Part shown: one piece after another, positions 9,051 to 18,658 of the stretch | Numbering within the stretch: position 1 is the first letter of the stretch | Layout: every line of letters starts with the position of its first letter | Assembly: GCA_020073245.1 (NCBI GenBank) | Contig: JAIQFQ010000004.1 | Coordinates: forward strand, 24,181 to 88,180 | Source: Terriglobia bacterium | GTDB lineage: Bacteria; Acidobacteriota; Thermoanaerobaculia; Thermoanaerobaculales; Thermoanaerobaculaceae | Direction of reading: 5' to 3' | Length of the DNA: 64,000 nucleotides | The notes under the pieces: generated by a model | What the model was told of the DNA's origin: nothing | Databases searched by the model: none | Seen by the model: only the letters and a program-made list of their open reading frames with translations | Translations under genes and position numbers: made by a program

Positions 9051-9237
9051 CTGGGGGTGGAGGAAGCGAGTCGAGGGTAGGGCACCCAGTTACGAGTCAA
9101 GGGTGAAGAGTTAGAGGCAAACATGTGGAGACCATGCACCGCTGGCCAGATTCAACGCAGCAACGGCGACGGGACCCTTCGTCTTCGACTCTTCACTCTC
9201 AACTCTTGGCTCTTCGCTCGATCCTGAGCTTTGAGCC
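9051..9237. repeat. Purine-block / pyrimidine-block heptad dyad element, copy E
   Basis: GA-rich arm about 9055-9122 (ggaggaagcgagtcGAGGGTAgggc...gagtcaagggtgaagagttagaggcaaac). About 50-nt mixed spacer. CT-rich arm about 9175-9237 (cccttcgtcttcgactcttcactctcaactcttggctcttcgctcg...). GTGAAGAGT is present in the left arm and as its reverse complement in the right arm. Confidence 0.5.
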
Positions 9238-9347
9238 TGCCGGTTTTGATCCGGGCGACGCCCCGGGCCATCAAACTCCCACGACCTCCTAGGTGGGTCG
9301 CGAACTGGGCGGTATACTCGCCCGGCTTGGGGGTCGGAGGGCCGGCC

Positions 9348-10984
<1,637 letters not shown>

Positions 10985-10988
<4 letters not shown>

Positions 10989-12664
10989 AGACCGGGGTCC
11001 GAGGTCCGGGGTCCGGGGTCCGAATCACGCTGATGGCGGCGGCGCTGGCGCTCGGGGCAGGCCTCGCCTGGGGCCAGGAGCGGACCACCCTCACAGTGCT
11101 CTTCACCTCGGATATGCACGGCCACGTGTTGCCGTTCGACGACCTCCGTGATCGTCCGTCGGACGGCTCGGTTGCTCAGGTCGCATCGCTCGTCGCGCGG
11201 CTCCGCGGAGCGAGCTCGCGACTCGTTGTCCTCGACGGCGGCGATGCGATCGAAGGCACGCCGCTGGGGTACTACGCCATCGCCGCCGCGGGCGCCTCGG
11301 GGATCGATCCGACCATTGCTGCGATGAACCTCGTGGGCTACGACGCGGCGGTGCTCGGAAATCACGAGTTCAACTTCGGCCTCGACGTTTTGCGCCGCTC
11401 GGTCTCGCAGTCGAGGTTCCCGTGGTTGGGGGCGAACCTTTCCGGTTGTGACCAGGCGCACCTGTCGGCGCGCGACGAGCTGCTGGTTGAGCGCGGCGGG
11501 ATCAAGGTCGGCATTCTCGGGCTGACAAACCCCAATGTGCCTCACTGGGATCCACCATCGCACTGGGCCGGGCTCGTGTTTGAGGATCCGGTCCCGGTTG
11601 CCCTCGCGCACCTTCCCAGCCTCCGCGCGCGAGCCGATGTGGTCATCCTGGTCGTCCATAGCGGTTTCGAGCGGGATCTCGAAACCGGCGCCCGGAACGA
11701 CACCGACAGTGAGAACTTCGCGTACCGCCTGGCACAGCTTCCGGGCATCGACCTGCTGCTCACCGGTCACACACACCGCGCCATCCCGCCACGTGCTCTC
11801 GGCAGGACGATCGTGGCTCAACCGGGTCGCTGGGCGGAATTCGTCACGAGAGTCGACCTCGAGCTCGCGCGCGAGGGCAGTTCATGGAAGGTGACCGGTT
11901 GGAGAGGGGAGAACGTGCCTACGAGAGGAGAGCCGGCGGACCCGGACGTGGTGGCGGCCGTGAGCGGTGAGGAAGCGAAGACGAAGGCGGAGCTCGCCCG
12001 CCCGCTTGGCGAGCTCACGGCACCTCTCAACGTCACCAGCATACCGATCGGCGACGACCCCAGCGTCGACCTCATCCATGCGGTGCAGCTCGAGGCGAGC
12101 GGAGCCCAACTCTCCCTCGCCGCGCCTCTCGGCAGCCATGTCGAGTTCGCGGCGGGACCGCTCACACCGCGTCTCGCCTATGCACTGTACCCGTACCCCA
12201 ACACGTTGCTCGTAGTGCGCCTCACCGGGAGGCAACTCAAGGATGTCCTCGAGCACGCTGTTCGGGGCTGGACCGGGGTCGAGTGCGCCGGTGGCTGCAC
12301 GCTCCAGCGCGACCCCGACCTTCCACCGTACAACTACGACACGCTCGAGGGCGGCACCTACCTCGTGGACCCGACCGCTCCGGTTGGGCAGCGCGTCCGC
12401 GGGCTGCGTGTGAACGGTGCGCAGGTGGGGCCCGATGACACTTTCACGGTCGCGATCAACTCGTACCGCGCTGCCGGGGGCGGCGGGTTTCCGCATCTCG
12501 CTACGGCGCCCCGCGTCATCGAGATCGCCCGGCCAATGGTGGACCTCATCACCGAGTACATCGCTCGTCACGGGAAGGTGACACCCGTCGCCGACTACAA
12601 CTGGGCGTTCACCGTCCCGCTGCGCGTTGCGCCGGGCGGGAGGCCGGCGGCCCCGTCCAGGTGA
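10985..12664 (+). CDS. Secreted bifunctional metallophosphatase / 5'-nucleotidase (UshA/CpdB-like)
   Basis: 559 aa. Signal-like [14 protein letters not shown]. Metallophosphoesterase motifs [23 protein letters not shown] and a C-terminal 5'-nucleotidase domain. The GTG start overlaps the mutase stop (GTGA). An internal ATG about 11033 is an alternative start. Confidence 0.85.
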
Positions 12665-12835
12665 GGCGAATGGCGTTCCTCGAAGGAGCGGGGGCGCCGT
12701 TCGGAAGACCGGGGCACTGTGCCTGTACTTCGCCCGCAGGTGTTGAGACATCGCTGCCGTCTTGACCACATTCCTGGGACTCCCTAGACTCACCGCGGTT
12801 CCGGGGTCCTCGGTGTTCCGCGGGAGGGACAGGCC

Positions 12836-13387
12836 ATGCAGGTCAAGGGCAACATTCTGAGAGCCCGAATCGCCTTCGTGAAGGAACGCTTCGGCGAGGC
12901 CGCGTGGGACCGAGTCGTGCGCACGCTCTCTGCGGAGGAGCAGAAGCAGCTGAGCGGTGTCGTGAACGTCGCATGGTACCCGTTCGATCTCGGCCGGCAC
13001 CTGGACGACGCGATCGTGGCGGTCCTCGGCGGAGGCAAGACGACGGTGTTCGAAGAGATGGGACGGGCGTCGGCGCGCGAGAACCTCACCACGGTGCACC
13101 GGAACTTCCTCGATGCCGGCGATCCCCAGGCCTTCATGCAGAAGGCCCCGATGATCTACCGCTTCTACTACGATACCGGTCGTCGGACCTGGGAGGCTAC
13201 GGGCCCGACTTCGGGCGTGATCACCACCCACGACGCCGATACATACTCGGCCGCGGACTGCGCCACGGTCGTCGGTTGGTACAAGGAAGCCCTCGCCATG
13301 GTCGGGGCGAAGAACCCCGTCATCGTCGAGGAGGCATGCCGAGCCCGCGGCGACGAGTGCTGCCGATACCGGGTGAGCTGGAGCTGA
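12836..13387 (+). CDS. Stand-alone H-NOX / V4R-superfamily small-ligand-binding protein (tentative)
   Basis: 183 aa. The N-terminus MQVKGNILRARIAFVKERFGEAAWDRVV resembles the start of H-NOX/HNOB domains. VHRNF...YYDTGR is a possible His / Y.(S/T).R pair. The C-terminal EEACRARGDECCRYRVSW resembles the C...G...C.(F/Y) end of V4R domains. GGGAGGG SD upstream. Confidence 0.4.
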   Translation: MQVKGNILRARIAFVKERFGEAAWDRVVRTLSAEEQKQLSGVVNVAWYPFDLGRHLDDAIVAVLGGGKTTVFEEMGRASARENLTTVHRNFLDAGDPQAFMQKAPMIYRFYYDTGRRTWEATGPTSGVITTHDADTYSAADCATVVGWYKEALAMVGAKNPVIVEEACRARGDECCRYRVSWS

Positions 13388-13401
13388 GGCTCCTTCTCCT
13401 T

Positions 13402-13422
13402 GGGGTCGCCCGAAACGACCCC
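13402..13422. terminator. Short GC hairpin between convergent genes (weak terminator candidate)
   Basis: GGGGTCG-cccgaaa-CGACCCC (7-bp stem) between the stop at 13387 (+) and the stop at 13436 (-). No clear U-tract. Confidence 0.25.
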
Positions 13423-13435
13423 GGCATTGTGAGCG

Positions 13436-15331
13436 TCACGGCTGCCAGGCGTGCGCCCGCAGGGGCGGCCGGACGCCCGCGAGCGTCGCGACGAACGACG
13501 CCACCTCGGTGAGCGACTCCTCGCGAACGCGGCGGTGCGGCACGCCGGCGCCACGGGCGAACCAAACCGCGGCCACCTCGGGATGAGAGTTGAGGTAACC
13601 ATGCTGGCCGCAGATCTCGGCGGGCCCGTGCCAACTTAATCCGGGTGCGGCGATGGACGATGTGCCGGCCATTCCCGGCCGCAGGAAGACGACGAGATCA
13701 CCTGCGTCGGGCGACTCGAGCCCAACTGGCGCCAGCTCACCGTGACGGAACATCGCCTCCACCACGTCCTCGCCTTCGACCTGAGCCTGTGCGAGCGCAA
13801 CCGCCGCAGCCTGAATGACCGCGTCCTTCGCGCCTGGTTCGACAACGCCTCCAGGCTCGCGACCCTTGAGGTTCACGTAGAGGTGGGCGCAGCCACCGTT
13901 CGCGTAGGCCACCATCTTCGAGGACGGCGCTACGCGCCACCTGTTCTCGACCTTCTCCGCGGCGGCCAACCCGGCGTGCTGGAGGAGTTGGTTGAGGTAG
14001 ATGTCCTCCCAGACCGAGGCCATGCCGTGATCGGAGACCACCACCAGCGCGTCGTTGGAGAGGTCGACGGCGCGGGCCACCTCGCCGACCGCGCGGTCAC
14101 AGATCCTGAAAGCCTCGGTCACGACCTCCCGTGCGGCCAGAGCCCGAGTAGGCGAGTAGGCGTGCTGCCGGACGTCCGTGAGCAGGAACGCGTGCTCGAC
14201 CTCGTCCGGGATCGGTTGGTAAAGCATCAGGAGGCTAAAGCTCTCCCGCGAGATGGCCGTCCGTGCGCACGCGTTGAAGAACTCGGAGAAGCGCCGTACC
14301 TGCGTCAGCATGTCGGCGGCCGTGATCCCACCCTCCCCCGTCTCGTGGCGCTCCACTGCGCGTTCGTCGGGCGGGCCGGGCCAGAACCCTGCCCTCTGCT
14401 CCAGCGCCTCGCGGAACTCGCGCGGATACGCCTCGGTGGAGAAGAACCCGCCGCGATAGATCGTGACGCGCGAAAGGTCGGGAGCAAGCGCTTGGAGGAG
14501 GCACCACGCCCCAACGGTCCGGGTGCCGCCGTCCGGGTGCGGCACGTGGAACGACAGCGGGAACCACTCTCCAACCCGAGCCCGAGCGAGCGTTTCGTTC
14601 GACGGGTCAGAATCGTCATCGACGACGAGGGTGTCGTAGTCGGTCTTCCCGTCATCCGTTGAGTCCAGCGCGGTCAGCGTGAAAGCCGTGCTCTGGGGCA
14701 GGCCGGACCCGCTGAGGTCCACGGTCAACGTTGCCCGTTGCGCAGGGGAGTAACTCGTCCAATCCGATTGGAGCGTCGTGGGTGTGAAGCGCGCGGCATC
14801 AAACTCAAGCACGCGCGGACGGGCGAACGGCGTGTTGACGTAGGTCATGCCGAAATCAGCCGCGCGAGCCGCCGACGTGTTGTCGCACCCCGGGAAGGTA
14901 AGCACGCCGACGCGCTTGCCCTGCCGGCGGAACGCCTGCCAGAGCGCCTCCGCGCCCATTGGCGCGTCGAAGCCGGAGGCTGCCTGGAGAATCGGCGTGC
15001 CCGACCGGTGGAACGTGTTCGACACGATACCGGTGACTGTCGGGAACGCGCCGCTGGCGATCGATGTGTGGCTCACCGCAGTCAGGGTCGGGTTCACAGG
15101 AACGGCGCGCTCCACGACGTAGCCGCCTCCGAACGCCGCAACGCCGTCGGGATCCGTGTAGACGCCTCTCCAGAGGTTTTCACCGTGGCGCTGGGCGGCG
15201 AAGCCGTCGAGCGACAGGAGCACGATGCGCCGAGCCTGCGCTGCCTGGGAAGGGGGCCGAGCCGTTTCTGTTGCGGCGCAGGCAACGATGAGAACCGAGG
15301 CGGCGGCAGACAGGAGGTCTTGGGATCGCAC
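13436..15331 (-). CDS. Alkaline-phosphatase-superfamily enzyme, nucleotide pyrophosphatase/phosphodiesterase (NPP)-like, secreted
   Basis: 631 aa. Signal/lipoprotein-like N-terminus (SVLIVACAATE). IVLLSLDGFAAQRH (metal-binding Asp context) and VVVSDHGM motifs typical of type-I phosphodiesterase/NPP enzymes. Confidence 0.8.
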   Translation of the reverse strand: MRSQDLLSAAASVLIVACAATETARPPSQAAQARRIVLLSLDGFAAQRHGENLWRGVYTDPDGVAAFGGGYVVERAVPVNPTLTAVSHTSIASGAFPTVTGIVSNTFHRSGTPILQAASGFDAPMGAEALWQAFRRQGKRVGVLTFPGCDNTSAARAADFGMTYVNTPFARPRVLEFDAARFTPTTLQSDWTSYSPAQRATLTVDLSGSGLPQSTAFTLTALDSTDDGKTDYDTLVVDDDSDPSNETLARARVGEWFPLSFHVPHPDGGTRTVGAWCLLQALAPDLSRVTIYRGGFFSTEAYPREFREALEQRAGFWPGPPDERAVERHETGEGGITAADMLTQVRRFSEFFNACARTAISRESFSLLMLYQPIPDEVEHAFLLTDVRQHAYSPTRALAAREVVTEAFRICDRAVGEVARAVDLSNDALVVVSDHGMASVWEDIYLNQLLQHAGLAAAEKVENRWRVAPSSKMVAYANGGCAHLYVNLKGREPGGVVEPGAKDAVIQAAAVALAQAQVEGEDVVEAMFRHGELAPVGLESPDAGDLVVFLRPGMAGTSSIAAPGLSWHGPAEICGQHGYLNSHPEVAAVWFARGAGVPHRRVREESLTEVASFVATLAGVRPPLRAHAWQP

Positions 15332-15337
15332 GGTGGA

Positions 15338-15343
15338 AGTGTA
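15338..15343 (-). promoter_or_regulatory. Putative -10 hexamer TACACT, 6 nt upstream of the GTG at 15331 (leaderless-type arrangement)
   Basis: Minus-strand reading TACACT-tccacc-GTG. No SD in the spacer. Confidence 0.45.
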
Positions 15344-15388
15344 GCGAAAATCACGGTTAACCGTTGAGCCTACAGGACCGTCCCCGAC

Positions 15389-15410
15389 CTCTTCACGCCT
15401 TCTTCACAGG
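15389..15410 (+). promoter_or_regulatory. Pho-box-like pair of direct repeats upstream of pstS
   Basis: ctcTTCACgcct / tcTTCACaggc. TTCAC at 15392-15396 and 15403-15407, exactly 11 bp apart. Followed by GACAAT (15417-15422) and GAGGAGGA before the ATG at 15455. Confidence 0.5.
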
Positions 15411-15454
15411 CTGGCTCGACAATCCGCTGGGGTCGCCACCCCGAGGAGGACGAG

Positions 15455-16426
15455 ATGACACGCAGTCAGATTTGGTCCCTGATCGGCATCGTGATGCTGG
15501 CGGCAGCGACCGCGGGAGCCCAGACGGTCCAGGTGGACCAGGCGGTCAAGGAGTATCAACGCGGGCCCGCCGTTTCGGGCAACCTCAACTCGGTCGGCTC
15601 CGACACCATGAACAACCTCATGACCTACTGGGGCGAGTCGTTCGCGAAGACGTACCCGACGGTCCGTATCCAGGTCGAAGGCAAGGGGTCCTCGACCGCT
15701 CCGCCGGCGCTCATCGCGGGGACGTCCCAGTTCGGTCCGATGTCGCGGGCGATGACGCCCGCGGAGGTCGACGCGATCGAGAAGAAGTACGGCTTCCAGC
15801 CGACTCAGATCCGCACCGCCCTCGACACGATCGGTGTGTACGTCAACAAGGACAACCCGATTGCATCGATCTCGGTGCCGGAGGTCGACGCGATCTTCTC
15901 CAAGACGCGCAAGTGGGGATACCCGACCGACATCACGACGTGGGGCCAACTCGGTCTCAAGGGCGGGTGGGCCAACAAGCCGATCTCGGTGTTCGGCCGT
16001 AACTCCGCGTCCGGCACGTACGGGTTCTTCAAGGAGCACACCCTCGCGAAGGGCGACTACAAGGACACTGTCAAGGAGCAACCCGGATCCGCGTCCGTCG
16101 TCCAGGGGGTGAGCGAGGACCTCTACGCGATCGGTTACTCGGGCATCGGCTATCGCACCTCCGGTGTGCGCGCGCTGCCTCTCGCGCCGAAGGCCGGCGT
16201 GCCAGCCGTGGAGCCGAACTACGCCAACGCGCTCTCCAAAGCGTACCCGTTGTCGCGATACCTGTTCATCTACGTGGTGCGCGACCCTCGCCGCCCGGTG
16301 GACCCCCTCACGAAGGAATTCCTCAAGTTCGTCCTGTCGCGCGAGGGCCAGGAGATCGTCGTGAAGGACGGCTTCCTCCCGCTCCCGGCGAAGGTCGTCG
16401 ATGAAGAGCTCGCCAAACTGAACTAG
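15455..16426 (+). CDS. pstS: Phosphate ABC transporter substrate-binding protein
   Basis: 323 aa with a signal peptide. SGNLNSVGSDTMNNLMTYWGE and GRNSASGTYGFF are PstS-family (PBP-like) contexts. First gene of the pst operon. Confidence 0.92.
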   Translation: MTRSQIWSLIGIVMLAAATAGAQTVQVDQAVKEYQRGPAVSGNLNSVGSDTMNNLMTYWGESFAKTYPTVRIQVEGKGSSTAPPALIAGTSQFGPMSRAMTPAEVDAIEKKYGFQPTQIRTALDTIGVYVNKDNPIASISVPEVDAIFSKTRKWGYPTDITTWGQLGLKGGWANKPISVFGRNSASGTYGFFKEHTLAKGDYKDTVKEQPGSASVVQGVSEDLYAIGYSGIGYRTSGVRALPLAPKAGVPAVEPNYANALSKAYPLSRYLFIYVVRDPRRPVDPLTKEFLKFVLSREGQEIVVKDGFLPLPAKVVDEELAKLN

Positions 16427-16442
16427 CGCCTGGGTATCAGGG

Positions 16443-16472
16443 AACCCGGAACCGTTGACCCCGTTCCGGGTT
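16443..16472 (+). promoter_or_regulatory. Intercistronic stem-loop between pstS and pstC
   Basis: AACCCGGAAC-cgttgacccc-GTTCCGGGTT, a perfect 10-bp stem 17 nt after the pstS stop. No U-tract, so more likely an mRNA-processing/stability or attenuation element than a full terminator. Confidence 0.5.
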
Positions 16473-16501
16473 ACCCTTCTCCCGACCTATCCCGGAATGC
16501 G

Positions 16502-18658
16502 ATGAGCCCGCTTGCCGCCTCCCGTCTGCGCCGCAGCCGCGCCGTCGACCGTTTGGTCGCGGCGCTCATCACCGTCGGCGGCTCGTCGGTGCTTCTGGCT
16601 GTTGCGTTCCTGATGGTCTTCCTTGTGGCGCAGTGCCTCCCCATGCTGGGCACCGGTTCCCTGAAGCGCACGCCTCCGGCGTCCGATGGACCCAAGCCCG
16701 TCGCTGCTCTCGAAGACGAGTACCGAAGTGCCGTCACTTTGCTTGGGGAGGACGGTGCCATGCACGTGGTGCCGCGCTCCAGCACGCCCCGGGTGACACA
16801 CCTCGACGGGGTGCAGCCTCCTGTCAGGCAGGGCCGAACCGATGCTGCCGGGACGCTCCTGGCGCTCGAGGACGCTTCCGGTGCGATCGGCGTGTGGGCG
16901 TTCGCGGCGGAAGTGAAGTGGCACGGCAACACGCGGGTGATCGAGCCCTCCCTTCGGAAGATCGCCACCAAGCCGGGCCACGCGGGCGCGCCGATCCTCG
17001 CGGTCGCCGGCGACCTCGACATCCCTGCTGTCCTGGTCGCGAGCTCGAAGGGGGCCATGCTGCTCACGGGCACAGACGATGCCCCGGCATCGGTCGAACT
17101 CATGCTCCCCTCGCCACCACGGGTCGGGGCGCTCGCCGCGGACGCCAGTCAAGCGTGGCTCGCCTCCGGGCGAGAACTCGCCTGGTACTCGCTGGCCGGT
17201 GGACAGGAAGCGCTCCTTGCGTCGCAGGCAACCGAACCGCTCGCGTCTCCGCCCACCGCCGCTGCCATGGTTGTGGGCGACTTCACGCTGCTCCTGGGCG
17301 ACGAGTCTGGGAGCGTCAATGCCTGGCAGGTCGTGACGGGTGCGGTGGCGGGAAGCAAGGTAATCAACCTCGCGGGCACGTTTGCCGGCAATGGAGCCGT
17401 GCGTGCGCTCGCGGCTTCACAGCGCGACAAGGCGTTCCTTGTCGAGCGCACGCGCGGGACATCGATCGCATACCTGACGAGCCGCCGCACGTTGCTGTCG
17501 GTGCCGGAGTTTCCGTCGGATTCGACGGTTGCCGGGATCTCACCGCGCCGCGACGGTCTGTTCGCCGTGACGCGCGCCGGGGTTGTCCATCGCTGGGGGC
17601 TCGACCTGGCGTATCCGGAAGCTACCGCGAGTACCCTGTTTCTGCCCACCCGATATGAGGGCTTCACCTCACCCGAGCTCGCGTGGCAGTCGACCGGAGG
17701 CAGCGAGTCGTTCGAGCCGAAGCTGTCGTTGATCCCTCTGCTCGTCGGCACACTCAAGGGTGCCCTGTACGCCCTCCTGTTCTCGGCACCGTGTGCGCTC
17801 GCCGCGGCGCTTTTCATCAGCCAGTTCGCCCCGGCCGCCCTGCGCCAGGTCGCCAAGCCGGTCGTCGAGATGATGGCGGCGGTCCCCTCGGTCGTGGTTG
17901 GTTTCCTGGGGGCGCTGTTTCTCGCCCCTCTGCTCCAGCGCCACATCGTCGGCACGCTCGCCCTTCTGGTGTTCCTACCGGTCGTCGTGGTGGCGGCAGC
18001 GGCCGTGTGGCAGGGTGCTCCCGTGATGTGGCGGCGGCGAATGACCCCCACCAGAGAGCTTGTTCTCGTTTCTGCGTTGCTGGCGTCGGTTTCCGTCGGC
18101 GTGTTTGCGGTGGAAAAGGGGATCGAGCGCGTCCTGTTCGCGGGCGACCTCAAAGGGTGGCTGCTTTCGGCTGCGGGCATCACGTACGACCAGCGCAACG
18201 CCGTGGTGGTCGGTTTCGCCCTGGGCTTTGCGGTCATCCCGATCATCTTCACGCTTGCCGAAGACGCTTTCTCCAACGTGCCCCCGTCGCTGATCTCCGC
18301 ATCGCTGGCTCTCGGTGCATCGCGCTGGCAGGCCGCGAGGACCGTCGCGATCCCGGCCGCGTCGCCCGGGCTCTTCGCGGCCGTAATGACGGGCCTCGGC
18401 CGTGCTGTCGGTGAGACGATGATCGTGCTGATGGCGACGGGCAACACGCCGATCCTCTCGTTCTCGCCGTTCAACGGGATGCGGACGATGTCGGCGTGCA
18501 TCGCCGTCGAGCTTCCGGAGGCGCCCTACGGTGGGACGCTCTACAGGGTGCTGATCCTGACCGCACTCCTGTTGTTTGCGATGACGTTCGTCATCAACAC
18601 GGCCGCGGTGATGATCTCGAATCGCCTCCGCCGGCGGTTCGGGAGGCTTGCGGCATGA
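16502..18658 (+). CDS. pstC: Phosphate ABC transporter permease PstC, long form with about 350-aa extracytoplasmic insert
   Basis: 718 aa. The C-terminal about 300 aa carry the permease core (ALGASRWQAARTVAIPAASPGLFAAVMTGLGRAVGETMIVLMATGN). One N-terminal TM helix is followed by a long non-membrane region. Confidence 0.85.
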   Translation: MSPLAASRLRRSRAVDRLVAALITVGGSSVLLAVAFLMVFLVAQCLPMLGTGSLKRTPPASDGPKPVAALEDEYRSAVTLLGEDGAMHVVPRSSTPRVTHLDGVQPPVRQGRTDAAGTLLALEDASGAIGVWAFAAEVKWHGNTRVIEPSLRKIATKPGHAGAPILAVAGDLDIPAVLVASSKGAMLLTGTDDAPASVELMLPSPPRVGALAADASQAWLASGRELAWYSLAGGQEALLASQATEPLASPPTAAAMVVGDFTLLLGDESGSVNAWQVVTGAVAGSKVINLAGTFAGNGAVRALAASQRDKAFLVERTRGTSIAYLTSRRTLLSVPEFPSDSTVAGISPRRDGLFAVTRAGVVHRWGLDLAYPEATASTLFLPTRYEGFTSPELAWQSTGGSESFEPKLSLIPLLVGTLKGALYALLFSAPCALAAALFISQFAPAALRQVAKPVVEMMAAVPSVVVGFLGALFLAPLLQRHIVGTLALLVFLPVVVVAAAAVWQGAPVMWRRRMTPTRELVLVSALLASVSVGVFAVEKGIERVLFAGDLKGWLLSAAGITYDQRNAVVVGFALGFAVIPIIFTLAEDAFSNVPPSLISASLALGASRWQAARTVAIPAASPGLFAAVMTGLGRAVGETMIVLMATGNTPILSFSPFNGMRTMSACIAVELPEAPYGGTLYRVLILTALLLFAMTFVINTAAVMISNRLRRRFGRLAA

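Noticed and set aside
11882-13231. 449-aa ORF antisense to the 5'-nucleotidase and H-NOX/V4R-like genes
   Set aside because: Same antisense-frame composition. It spans an intergenic region and two well-supported sense genes.
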